The notes under the pieces were generated by a model. The model ran no database searches and was not told where the DNA came from. It saw only the letters and a program-made list of their open reading frames with translations. A stretch of DNA of 26,560 nucleotides from an uncultured bacterium (GTDB lineage: Bacteria; CSSED10-310; CAZUFC01), in NCBI GenBank assembly GCA_964619725.1, contig CAZUFC010000108.1, forward strand, positions 1 through 26,560, written 5' to 3'. Position 1 is the stretch's first letter, and every line of letters starts with the position of its first letter. The translations under genes were made by a program, and so were the position numbers. Positions 8,547 to 17,629 of this stretch are shown here, in pieces.

Positions 8547-9752
8547 TCAAGCGCCCGGATATTGTTTGAGGGCTGCATCAAGGATATTGAGGCTTCGGCG
8601 CAGTTTATCGGGTTCGAGGACGTAAGCGATACGTGTTTCGTTGATGCCTTTTCCTGGAGTGGCGTAGAAGCCTTCTCCGGGGGCCGTCATCAGTGTTTCG
8701 CCGTCGACCTGAAAGTCGGTAAGGAGCCACACGATGAATTTTTCAGCGTTATCCACGGGTAATTTCACCAGGCTGTAGAACGCGCCGGGAGATTTCATGC
8801 ATACCGTATTTCGAATGTTCGACAGTCCTTCGTATACTACGTCACGTCTTTCCCTGTAGATATCGACGATTTTTTCCAGGTATTCTTTTCTGTCCGAATA
8901 GGCGGCTGCGGCGCCGAACTGGTCGATCGTGGGAGCGCTCAGTCTTCCCTGGGCGTATCTGAGCGCCACATCCATAACGTCTTCATTTTTTGAAGCGATG
9001 CAGCCTATTCTTGCCCCGCAGGCGCTGAAGATTTTTGAAATGCTGTCGACGATGATAGTCCGGTCGTGCAGGTCTTCATATTGCATCGGACTGATGTGAT
9101 GTTTTCCGTCAAAAATAATTTCCCGGTAAACCTCATCTGAAATAATGAACAGGTCGCGTTCAAGAGCGATCTGTCTGACGGTTTGTATCTCTTCTTCGGA
9201 ATATACCCGTCCGGTGGGATTATTAGGCGTATTGATCAGGATTCCTTTTGTTTTATCAGTTACCAGCTTTTCAATCTCCGGCTTTGCAGGCAATTTGAAT
9301 TCTGATTCCACTTCGGTATCAATGGGAACTATCTTCAGGCCGGCCATGAGCGCAAAATGACGGTAATTGGCGTAGAACGGTTCCGGGATAAGAATCTCAT
9401 CACCGGGCATTCCGATGATCATCATAGCATTGACGATAGCTTCGCTTGCTCCGAACGTCGGTATGATATGCCGCTTTTCAAAACGGATATTCCAGTCTGC
9501 AAAATAGGTCTGAAGCGCTTCCACCAGCATTGGAGCTCCAGGTGAAGGACTGTAGGCGAGAACTTTTTCATCCTGCATGAATTTATTAACGGCAGCGTAG
9601 TAGGAAGGCGGAGTAGGAACATCGGGCTGCCCGATATTGAGATGAAAAACTCGAACGTTCCGCTCTTTCCTGGCTTTATCTGCGTAAGGGACCAATTTCC
9701 TGATAGGCGATGCCGGCGCGTCTTTAGCTCGATTTGATATCTCAACGCTCAT
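8547..9752 (-). CDS. PLP-dependent aminotransferase class I/II (aspartate aminotransferase-like)
   Basis: LNIGQPD, GASEA, NTPNNPTG, SDEVY and SISKIFSACGARIG (PLP lysine). RBS AGGAG. Confidence 0.95.
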   Translation of the reverse strand: MSVEISNRAKDAPASPIRKLVPYADKARKERNVRVFHLNIGQPDVPTPPSYYAAVNKFMQDEKVLAYSPSPGAPMLVEALQTYFADWNIRFEKRHIIPTFGASEAIVNAMMIIGMPGDEILIPEPFYANYRHFALMAGLKIVPIDTEVESEFKLPAKPEIEKLVTDKTKGILINTPNNPTGRVYSEEEIQTVRQIALERDLFIISDEVYREIIFDGKHHISPMQYEDLHDRTIIVDSISKIFSACGARIGCIASKNEDVMDVALRYAQGRLSAPTIDQFGAAAAYSDRKEYLEKIVDIYRERRDVVYEGLSNIRNTVCMKSPGAFYSLVKLPVDNAEKFIVWLLTDFQVDGETLMTAPGEGFYATPGKGINETRIAYVLEPDKLRRSLNILDAALKQYPGA

Positions 9753-9834
9753 CTTGAACTCCTTTCCGGGTAAACCCGATCAGGTTGTCGTCAGCATAAT
9801 GTACTGTCCGCTGAACGAGTTTATAGACCGGCAC

Positions 9835-9863
9835 AAGCTAACAAACAGAGAAAAAAAAGTCAA
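9835..9863 (-). promoter_or_regulatory. Putative sigma70 promoter for the aminotransferase-nitroreductase genes
   Basis: TTGACT-N17-TAGCTT with a TGn extended -10. The -35 overlaps the stop codon of the response regulator. Confidence 0.45.
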
Positions 9864-11224
9864 TTTGAACGTTTGAGGTCGTACGCTTTAATTTTTTTAT
9901 GAAGATTGGTGCGTTCTACGCCCAGCGACCTGGCGGCCTTACTGATATTCCAGTTATGCTCCTCAAGTTTTTCTTGAATAAGTCTTTTTTCGAGCATCCT
10001 CTTAGCTTCATCCAGGGAGAGTCCTTCCATATCCTTCGGAAGGAAATCCTTTGATTCGCCTTTCATTTGCGGAGGCAGATCATCGACGCTGATGGGATTG
10101 CCGCCCATTATGACGAGGCGTTCTATCAGGTTCTTCAATTCTCTGACGTTGCCCGGCCAGTGATAAGCCATGAAGTTTTCAATGACTTTTTCATCCAGCT
10201 CTTTTCTTTTGAAGCCGTTTTCTCTGCAGAAGCGTTCCAGAAAGCGTTCCGCAAGGAGAGGAATGTCCTCCTTATGCGACCTGAGCGGCGGCGTTTTAAT
10301 GGGCACGACGTTGATTCTGAAGTAGAGGTCTTCTCTGAAACGATCGTTTTTTATTTCTTCGATTAAATCTTTATTGGTGGCTGCTATAACTCGCACAGAG
10401 ACGTGAATCGGCTTATCGCCTCCGATTTTAACGATTTCGCCGGTTTGCAGAGTGCGCAGGACTTTCGCCTGGGCCGACAGACTCATATCGCCTATTTCAT
10501 CCATAAACAAGGTCCCTTTGTGCGCCTGTTCGAATTTTCCCGTTCTTTTCAACACAGCGCCTGTAAACGACCCCTTCTCATGCCCGAACAATTCGCTTTC
10601 AATCAGGTCATGCGGAATAGCCGCACAGTTGACTTTTACGAAAGGCGCATCCGGAGCCGCTCCCAGTTTATGTATTCGTCTGGCGACCAGTTCCTTGCCG
10701 GTGCCGCTTTCCCCTGAAATCAACACTCTTCCCTTCGTCGGCGCCACCTTTTCAATACTCTGCAGCAATTCCTTCATAACGCTGGATTCGCCTATTATCT
10801 CCTGTTCTTCCTCGAATTTCTGCCTGTAACTTAAATTCTCCTTCTCCAGGTTTATCTTTTCAAAACAGTTCCTGATATTGACCAGAAGCGTTTCCCGTTC
10901 TATAGGCTTTTCAATGAAACTGTAAGCGCCCAGTCGCGTAGCCTCTACGGCATCCTGAATCGATCCGTGCCCGGAAATTATGATGACCTCCTGCGCGGGA
11001 TACTTCTCTTTCACTGCTTTTAAAACATCAATCCCGTTAAGGCCCGGCATTTTTATATCCAGAAGCATTAAATCGAAAACTTCTCTTTGAAGCATATCAA
11101 GCGCGCCGCCGCCGTCTTCCGCTTCTGCAGTATCCAAACCGATCCCTCTTAGTATGATGGATAAAGTGCGTCTGATATTTTTTTCATCATCCACTATCAG
11201 GACTCTGCCTTCAATTTTATCCAT
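9860..11224 (-). CDS. Sigma54-dependent response regulator (REC-AAA+-HTH), NtrX/NtrC-like
   Basis: VDDE and LLDIKMP receiver motifs, GESGTGKE, ESELFGHEKGSFTGA, FMDEIG, WPGNVREL and a Fis-type HTH. Start moved to ATG 11224 because of RBS GGAGG and an 8-nt overlap with the upstream kinase. Confidence 0.95.
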   Translation of the reverse strand: MDKIEGRVLIVDDEKNIRRTLSIILRGIGLDTAEAEDGGGALDMLQREVFDLMLLDIKMPGLNGIDVLKAVKEKYPAQEVIIISGHGSIQDAVEATRLGAYSFIEKPIERETLLVNIRNCFEKINLEKENLSYRQKFEEEQEIIGESSVMKELLQSIEKVAPTKGRVLISGESGTGKELVARRIHKLGAAPDAPFVKVNCAAIPHDLIESELFGHEKGSFTGAVLKRTGKFEQAHKGTLFMDEIGDMSLSAQAKVLRTLQTGEIVKIGGDKPIHVSVRVIAATNKDLIEEIKNDRFREDLYFRINVVPIKTPPLRSHKEDIPLLAERFLERFCRENGFKRKELDEKVIENFMAYHWPGNVRELKNLIERLVIMGGNPISVDDLPPQMKGESKDFLPKDMEGLSLDEAKRMLEKRLIQEKLEEHNWNISKAARSLGVERTNLHKKIKAYDLKRSN

Positions 11225-12725
11225 TGCTTCTCCTCCGCTTTTTTCGCCCGACTTCATTGCGTTTGCTCCCGCTCGCATCATCTGAAAGCGGGATTCTGAT
11301 TTTGAACTCGGCGCCTCCGGTTGCCTTATTAGCAGCCGTTATAACGCCGTTGTGATCCAGAACCATCTTCTTGACTATGGCCAAGCCCAGTCCCGTTCCT
11401 TCCGCTTTAGTCGTAAAGTAAGGTTCAAAAATATTCGAAAATTCCTCTTCGGGTATCCCCGAACCATCATCTCCGACTCTGATTTCAACCTTGCCCGCAA
11501 CCTTTGTTATTTTAATTTCGATTTCAGCTCGCTCTGCGCCGGCCTCGACAGCATTGTCCAGTAAATTCACGATAATTCTTTTGAAAAGGTCCTTATCTAT
11601 TTTAACCGGTAAAGGCGTATCAGGCATTTCAATCCTGAGATTCGCCTTTTCCCTGTAATCAATAAAACTTTTTTCATACTCCCGGATCACTTCCCGAAAA
11701 TCCAACAGCTTGAATCGAGGTTCCCATATCTGTCCTAACGTGGAAAAATCTCTCACCAGGGATTTCAAATGGTCTATTTCTTCCCTCAGAATATCTTCCG
11801 ATTCATTCAAGAAGCTTTTGTATGTCTCATCTTCGCCCCTGTAAGAGCTTTTTAATTCCTGAAATACCAACTGAATCGGGGTAAGAGGATTCTTGATTTC
11901 ATGGGCGAGCTTCCGGGCTACTTCGCGCCAGACCCCCATCTTTTCCAGATGACTGATCCTGTCACGGGCCTCCGCCATATCCCCTGTCATTTCGTTGAAA
12001 GCCTTCTCCAGCCGACCCAGTTCATCCTGTCCGACCCCTTCTATCCTGCCGCTGTAATCGCCTTTCGTTATCTTCTCAGTCGCTCCGATCAAACGGTTTA
12101 TCCTTCGTATCGTATTCCTCGACAGAAGAAAACCGAATCCCAGCGAAACCAGTAAAGCGCAAAAAAGCAGTATGCTGAAAGGCATCATCAGCGCTCTTTT
12201 CAGTTCGCTCTGATGCTGCCGGAAATGCCTGTAAACTTTCGCCGTCTCCCAGACGCTCATTATATTCTTAATCATTTCTGACCGATCCTCGATCTGTATG
12301 CTCAGGTATCTGAGCCCCGATTCCCCCCGGTACAAGGGAATATTTAACGCGATCGCTTTTCGCGGATCAAAGGCCAACTCTTCGTCGCCGTAAGGATCAG
12401 ACGTCAATTTTATCATGTTGACGCTCATTTCCGGCTTGTACAATTCATTCAACTCTCTCTCCATCGCATCCATCTGCTCTCCGTCTATCCTCGCTCCCGT
12501 CTCAAAAATACCTGGAAAATTCAACCGCAAAAATTTTTCCGTTATTTTTTCTCTGTCGCGGCGAAAATGCGAGGGAAATTTAAGAAATATATCGAATGTT
12601 TCCTGCATCTGGGGATTCATCCACCAACCCAGACTTTCCTCAATCAAAGAAGCGGCTATGTAAATGGAAAAAAGCACCGGCATGACCGAGGCTACCGCTA
12701 ACGCCGCCAATATCTTGCGCCTCAT
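11217..12725 (-). CDS. Membrane sensor histidine kinase with HAMP domain, NtrY-like
   Basis: Two transmembrane segments flanking a periplasmic domain, HAMP (DELGRLEKAFNEM), H-box WREVARKLAHEIKNPLTPI, N-box NLLDNA, DDGSG, FEPYFTTK and GTGLGL. Confidence 0.95.
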   Translation of the reverse strand: MRRKILAALAVASVMPVLFSIYIAASLIEESLGWWMNPQMQETFDIFLKFPSHFRRDREKITEKFLRLNFPGIFETGARIDGEQMDAMERELNELYKPEMSVNMIKLTSDPYGDEELAFDPRKAIALNIPLYRGESGLRYLSIQIEDRSEMIKNIMSVWETAKVYRHFRQHQSELKRALMMPFSILLFCALLVSLGFGFLLSRNTIRRINRLIGATEKITKGDYSGRIEGVGQDELGRLEKAFNEMTGDMAEARDRISHLEKMGVWREVARKLAHEIKNPLTPIQLVFQELKSSYRGEDETYKSFLNESEDILREEIDHLKSLVRDFSTLGQIWEPRFKLLDFREVIREYEKSFIDYREKANLRIEMPDTPLPVKIDKDLFKRIIVNLLDNAVEAGAERAEIEIKITKVAGKVEIRVGDDGSGIPEEEFSNIFEPYFTTKAEGTGLGLAIVKKMVLDHNGVITAANKATGGAEFKIRIPLSDDASGSKRNEVGRKKRRRSNG

Positions 12726-13399
12726 GGAGCATTCCCTTTAAGTTTGTCCAGTTCGATCGGTTCAGTGGTAAATTTTAAACTTTCCTTTCCCAGTTCCGTT
12801 TGAGCCGAAGCGAACCAGCGAACGACCATTTTCACAAAGCCGCTTGAAGCATAGCTCTGCCCGCCTTGAGGCTTTACCATCCATTCTCTGACATTTCTGA
12901 GGTCTTCTTCGGAATCTGGATTCAAAAGAACCAGGATGCTCAAACTGATTCTGGCGACGTTTTCGATTTTTCGGCGAGAGGCCAAAAGTAAATCTTTGAA
13001 AGTAACGCAATCCTGTTTCACATCATCGAGGTTCTCATAAATTTTTCTTTTTACATTTTTTCCCTGCCATTCGACCAGATATTTTTCTTCCCATAAGAGG
13101 TATCGGATACGCGCAGTCACCTTATGTTCGGCCAGGGTTTTATTTTTGTCGGCATCAGTAACGGTAAAACGCCACTGCAGGAAAACGGAAAAACCGCTTT
13201 CAAGCATTTTCTCGAATTCATCGGACAACAGAGACGGAAAGTGAAAGGAGAGCATCAAACCTTCATCTCCAATACTCATGCTGATATCGGTTTCTTCGGC
13301 GTTTTGAGCGACAACCTTTCCGGACGGCATAATGCCTAGCATAAAGCAAATGCTCAGAAAAAGGATTCGCCTGTAGCCGAAAAGAGCATCAATAAGCAC
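12722..13399 (-). CDS. Periplasmic protein, DUF4390-like
   Basis: Signal peptide, LESGF and IRYLLWEEKYLV segments, and an ATGA overlap with the NtrY-like gene, which is the usual position of DUF4390. Start codon uncertain (GTG). Confidence 0.7.
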   Translation of the reverse strand: MLIDALFGYRRILFLSICFMLGIMPSGKVVAQNAEETDISMSIGDEGLMLSFHFPSLLSDEFEKMLESGFSVFLQWRFTVTDADKNKTLAEHKVTARIRYLLWEEKYLVEWQGKNVKRKIYENLDDVKQDCVTFKDLLLASRRKIENVARISLSILVLLNPDSEEDLRNVREWMVKPQGGQSYASSGFVKMVVRWFASAQTELGKESLKFTTEPIELDKLKGNAP

Positions 13400-13470
13400 G
13401 TCGTTTTTTTTCCTTGAAAAGCGTTCTTTTCTTTCGGGGATTAAATTTCAATAAGCGGTTCATGATTCTT

Positions 13471-14760
13471 TCACATTTCAAACCCGAAATCGATGGAGAA
13501 AACGCCGATCCTCGTATTCAACAACAAGCCGGGACCGACGGAAAAATTCATCTCCTCCCATAATTCATCTTCACGATTTCTGGCATTGCCGGCATCAAAG
13601 AAGAAAAACAATTCCATGCCGTAAACCCAGCCGGCCGGACGACTGACAACCGGTATGTGATACTCAACAGACCCTGCCGACAAAAGCTCACGAGGAGTTT
13701 CCTTCTGGAAGGTCACGCCCATAAAAGGACTGAACTTCAGCCCTCTTACCGCTTCGCTCAGATAGAACTGTTCATAGACGGGAAAAGACCCGGCGACGCC
13801 GCCGGTCCTGGCTGACAGTCTGGCATAATGATTTTTCCACGTCGAAAAATAATGATCGATCATTCCGAATATTTTTACATAATTGTAATCGCTCGTCAGG
13901 AAAGAACCGGAAGCCTGGGCCGAAAGGAAAAAACGGAAACCTCTATCCGGGGTGTAATAATCGTTCCTGGTGTCCCAATCAAGATCAATCCTGATATTCG
14001 AATGAAAACTCTGATTTGAAGCGAATTCCAGTTCTTCCGGGAAATCAGGACCCGGGTCCTCCAGCAGCTCTACCTGTTCCAGTTGTATCCAGGAATGCAT
14101 TTTCAGGGGCGTCAGCGTTCGAATTCCTACTCCCAGACGGGTTCCGCACCTCTTGTAATGCAGATCGTAATTGTCATATTCTTCGTCGAATCTTTCGAAT
14201 GTCTCTCTGTAGTCGATTTTTGCGTTGAAAATAAAATTCTGTTGCGACAGATAGGGATCAGACCATCCCAGCGAAAAACCGTAAGCGTCTGAACCCGCGC
14301 CTGTGGCAGCGATGGAAAACGACTGTCCCGTGCCCAGCAGATTCAATTTCACGCATTCGATTCCCCCGACAAACGCCTCCTGTTCGTCGTCAAGACCTAA
14401 AAAAATCGTATTGAATAAAAAAGTATATCTTTCCGTTACTTTAATGATCCAGTTTACGGCCCCTCTGTAGCTTCCCCGTTCCAGGCGCATCTCCACGGCA
14501 TTAAAGAATCCCGTACCCAGCAGTTTCAACCGGCTTATGCGAGCCATTTTTTCGTTGAGTTTCTGCCCCTCCTGCAACAGCAATTCTGATCTTATCACCG
14601 ATTCCGAAGTCTTCTCCGCACCCTCTATGATTATATTTTCCAGGGTATACTCCGGTTCGCGAAACTCCGCATCCCCAGATAAAACGCCCCGTCCGGCGAT
14701 CAAAACCAAGGCGCACGCAGTCAGCGCCGTGAACAGATATCTGAGGACTTGATACTTCAT
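13471..14760 (-). CDS. Omp85 (BamA/TamA) family outer-membrane protein with a single POTRA domain
   Basis: Signal peptide, POTRA signature IIIEGAEKTSESVIRSEL...LLGTGFFNAV...VTER, NLLGTGQ barrel start, WDTRND..PDRG, VRG loop motif and FFDAGN. Confidence 0.88.
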   Translation of the reverse strand: MKYQVLRYLFTALTACALVLIAGRGVLSGDAEFREPEYTLENIIIEGAEKTSESVIRSELLLQEGQKLNEKMARISRLKLLGTGFFNAVEMRLERGSYRGAVNWIIKVTERYTFLFNTIFLGLDDEQEAFVGGIECVKLNLLGTGQSFSIAATGAGSDAYGFSLGWSDPYLSQQNFIFNAKIDYRETFERFDEEYDNYDLHYKRCGTRLGVGIRTLTPLKMHSWIQLEQVELLEDPGPDFPEELEFASNQSFHSNIRIDLDWDTRNDYYTPDRGFRFFLSAQASGSFLTSDYNYVKIFGMIDHYFSTWKNHYARLSARTGGVAGSFPVYEQFYLSEAVRGLKFSPFMGVTFQKETPRELLSAGSVEYHIPVVSRPAGWVYGMELFFFFDAGNARNREDELWEEMNFSVGPGLLLNTRIGVFSIDFGFEM

Positions 14761-15050
14761 TTCTCAAAGCTCCCTGTATGAATTTCAGTTCAAAGGCGGC
14801 CCCAGGGGCTTGCAATTGACTTTATATGATATGAGGACCAATTTAAAGTTAAAGGTGCGCCGCCGGATAGATGACTTCATAAGCGTATCCGAAAAAGCGA
14901 GCCGGATCGGGAAGAAAAGGCCGGCCGGGTATTTCCATTTTTCTTTTCGATCTGCCTGAATCAAATACCTTGAGTGGCCGCATAGTTTCCGCCGGCACGG
15001 TCCTCATTCTTCTGTTTTTCACGCCAGGCCCTATGCCGCAATTTTAAAAA

Positions 15051-15749
15051 TTACAAATGAAAATTTAAACCGAAACCGAGATACAATCCGCTCAGTTTAA
15101 TCTCAGGGAAATCATCTACCGACTCTCCCCCTCTTTCCATTTCTTCCACGTTCGTCAGGAGACTTCCCATCACCAAACCTAAACCAAGCAAAGGATTGAA
15201 ATTGTACTGTAATCCACCCTCCAGTATCAACGCTCCCGTATCGCCCCGGTATCGCTCAATATGAGTGGCTCCGTATTCGGGAGTCGATTCCATGCGTAAA
15301 TCGGCCCTTAAACCGGCTACTCCGCCTCCCAGGCGATACTGCCATTTTTTATTGCCGAACCAGTTCCTGTAGAACGCGCTCACGCTCCCTCCCGACAGAC
15401 TCAATTCCACCTCATTGTAATTCCCGTCGACATAAGTATCTTTGAAACCTGAAGTCCCGTTGTAAAGACCTATCACCAACTGAAAATGCGGATGCAGGCT
15501 CCAACCCAGCTTCGTATTCTGTATGCCGGCAGATTCTATCGATTCAAATCCCCTGCCTTCCAGGTAATCATTGAAATCTTCCGCATCAAAAGCCAAACTG
15601 AGCGTCTGAAAGCCCAGTCCCGGCCCCGTGTCCGGGATTGAATCCATGAACCGCTTGTAAACAGAATCATTCGAATCAGCCCCGCATCCGGTCGCTGCGT
15701 AACTCATCAATCCCACAAACATTATCATAACAACAGTCAATGACTTCAT
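15051..15749 (-). CDS. Putative outer-membrane beta-barrel protein, possibly lipidated
   Basis: RBS AAGGAG. Signal peptide ending AATG-C. Gly/aromatic alternating strands. C-terminal strand GLYLGFGLNFHL. Confidence 0.75.
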   Translation of the reverse strand: MKSLTVVMIMFVGLMSYAATGCGADSNDSVYKRFMDSIPDTGPGLGFQTLSLAFDAEDFNDYLEGRGFESIESAGIQNTKLGWSLHPHFQLVIGLYNGTSGFKDTYVDGNYNEVELSLSGGSVSAFYRNWFGNKKWQYRLGGGVAGLRADLRMESTPEYGATHIERYRGDTGALILEGGLQYNFNPLLGLGLVMGSLLTNVEEMERGGESVDDFPEIKLSGLYLGFGLNFHL

Positions 15750-15817
15750 TTCTCGCTCCTTTCATGAAACTGAATTTCTCATTCCTCCAGGCGACGATTG
15801 TCGCGCCGCGTTAACGG

Positions 15818-15833
15818 AGCAATTATCGTACCG
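15818..15833 (-). promoter_or_regulatory. Putative sigma54 (-24/-12) promoter
   Basis: Minus strand reads CGGTACGATAATTGCT (GG-N10-GC, TTGCT), 68 nt upstream of the ATG at 15749. Confidence 0.65.
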
Positions 15834-16141
15834 GAACGGTGTAACAGCGTTTCCATGCTCCTGTTATATCTGTAAATCTCTTGAATGACAATGAATCACC
15901 AATCAGATTGCTAAATCCGTAATATTTTACGCTTTCCCGGCGACGTTGAAATCAGTTCACACTGTGATTCTGAATGGCTGTTTTGCATAAAACGATTCGG
16001 TTTTTCGGGATTGATCGAATGGAAGGGACAATTTTGCGGATATCTTCTCGTCTTATCCGTTAAGGTCCGTCTTATCCCTGGTTGCCGAGTTTGAGCAAGC
16101 GTTTGCAGAAACCCGTGTATTCCGCTAAGCGCCCTTTTTGC

Positions 16142-17620
16142 TTATTCGATATAACCGAGTTTTCTCAAGGCTTCCTTCATTTCTTCGTCTATTTCCTGGT
16201 CGGAGGCGGCATTCCGGTCGTCGCCGTTCAGTCTTCTGGAACGGCGGAGATGATTATCGAACCAGTTCTCGGTCATTTCGGTCAGCGATTGCAAAGCTTC
16301 ACTTTGGGGATCATATATGTTGCTTTTTTCCTCCGGGTCTTTCGTCAGGTCAAAAGCCTGATAAGTCAACTGCTCTCTGCCTGGAATAGTAATGACTTTC
16401 AACTGGTCTGTTCTGACCATTCTGTGACGGCCCTGATTGACGCGAACGCCGTGGATGGGATTCTGTTTGAAATGTGTTCTTCCTGTTTCTCCGAAAAGAG
16501 TCAATTGATCATCAGGTTCAGATTGGCTTTTGTTCGCGACCAGGAAATGAGATAGGCTGCTTCCGTCCAATTCTGCAGGTACCGGCTTGCCCAGTAAATC
16601 GAGTATGGTCGGCATCACATCCATAATAGTCACGGAGTGCGGTACAAGCCCTGTATTTGCCTTGACGCCGCAACCGTAGAAAATTAAAGGAATTTTCATG
16701 ACCTGATCGTAAACGACTTCCCCATGCTCGAAATAGTAATTATGCTCGCCCAGACTCTCTCCATGATCGGAAACGATTATGAAAAGAGTATCCTTCATAT
16801 CGCCGAGGTCCGTGATCAATTTCATTATTTCGCCTACATAACCGTCGCACTGGGCTATTTCACCGAGATACAGAGACCGGCAATATTCAACGACGTCTTT
16901 ATCCCATTGGTTATTAAAAATTATATCGCCCCTGCTGGTCTCCTTGATCAATTCATTCATTTTCTTCCATCCGGCGCCGTTCTCATCGGTCCGACAGTCG
17001 AAACGATATTTCCTTCCCGGCCGGTAGGGCCAATGAGGATCAAAATAATGAATCCAGAGGAAATAATTTTCATTTTTATGCTCAGTGATCCACTCCTTGC
17101 TCTTGTCGTGTGCGCCTCGATAAAAATCCTGGAAATCTTTCATTCCCTGCCCCAGGTTCATTCCTCGAGGTTTAGCCAGCAGATTCAGCGGATGGTCCAC
17201 GAAAGCCGCGCAAATCATGCCGTATTCGCTCAGTATTTCCGCGATGGTCCTGCATCTGTCGCTCAAAGGCGACTGCAAATTTCGAACGTGATGCGAGACG
17301 GGGTGGAGTCCCGTCAAAAGAGAAGCCAGGGCTTGAGTCGTTCTGGGAAGAGGAGTCAGAGCGTTTATGAATTGAACGCCCTTCTCCGCCATTCCGTCGA
17401 TATAGGGCGACTTCTGTTCAGAAGCGCCGTAAACGCCGACTTTATCGGACCTTACCGTATCGATGGATATCAGTATGACCCGTTTCGGTATTTCTTTTTC
17501 CGTCAGGAATGCCTGTTGCCGGCTGAAAGCTGCATTCAACCATAATAAAGTAAAAACCAGAAACAAGATTCCGCCATTGAAAAATATTTTTCCTGCTTTT
17601 TTCCATGATTTTTTTTTCAT
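16142..17620 (-). CDS. Sulfatase-like hydrolase/transferase (alkaline phosphatase superfamily), N-terminally anchored
   Basis: ISIDTVRSD, SLLTG, HYFDPHWPY, SDHGE, EHG, DLTKDPEEKSNI and LRKLGYI. The nucleophile motif is atypical (TTQAL in place of C/SxPxR). Confidence 0.88.
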   Translation of the reverse strand: MKKKSWKKAGKIFFNGGILFLVFTLLWLNAAFSRQQAFLTEKEIPKRVILISIDTVRSDKVGVYGASEQKSPYIDGMAEKGVQFINALTPLPRTTQALASLLTGLHPVSHHVRNLQSPLSDRCRTIAEILSEYGMICAAFVDHPLNLLAKPRGMNLGQGMKDFQDFYRGAHDKSKEWITEHKNENYFLWIHYFDPHWPYRPGRKYRFDCRTDENGAGWKKMNELIKETSRGDIIFNNQWDKDVVEYCRSLYLGEIAQCDGYVGEIMKLITDLGDMKDTLFIIVSDHGESLGEHNYYFEHGEVVYDQVMKIPLIFYGCGVKANTGLVPHSVTIMDVMPTILDLLGKPVPAELDGSSLSHFLVANKSQSEPDDQLTLFGETGRTHFKQNPIHGVRVNQGRHRMVRTDQLKVITIPGREQLTYQAFDLTKDPEEKSNIYDPQSEALQSLTEMTENWFDNHLRRSRRLNGDDRNAASDQEIDEEMKEALRKLGYIE

Positions 17621-17629
17621 TGAGTTGTT

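Noticed and set aside
11225..11281. Longer N-terminus of the response regulator in the ORF track
   Set aside because: It overlaps the kinase C-terminus. ATG 11224 has GGAGG and begins right at the receiver domain.
15762..15782. Six-residue leader peptide MRNSVS upstream of the beta-barrel gene
   Set aside because: GGAGG is only 1 nt from the ATG, and there is no regulatory codon run or attenuator structure.
16724..17545. 273-aa plus-strand ORF and the many similar antisense or nested ORFs in the track
   Set aside because: Shadow frames of well-supported genes, with no motifs of their own.
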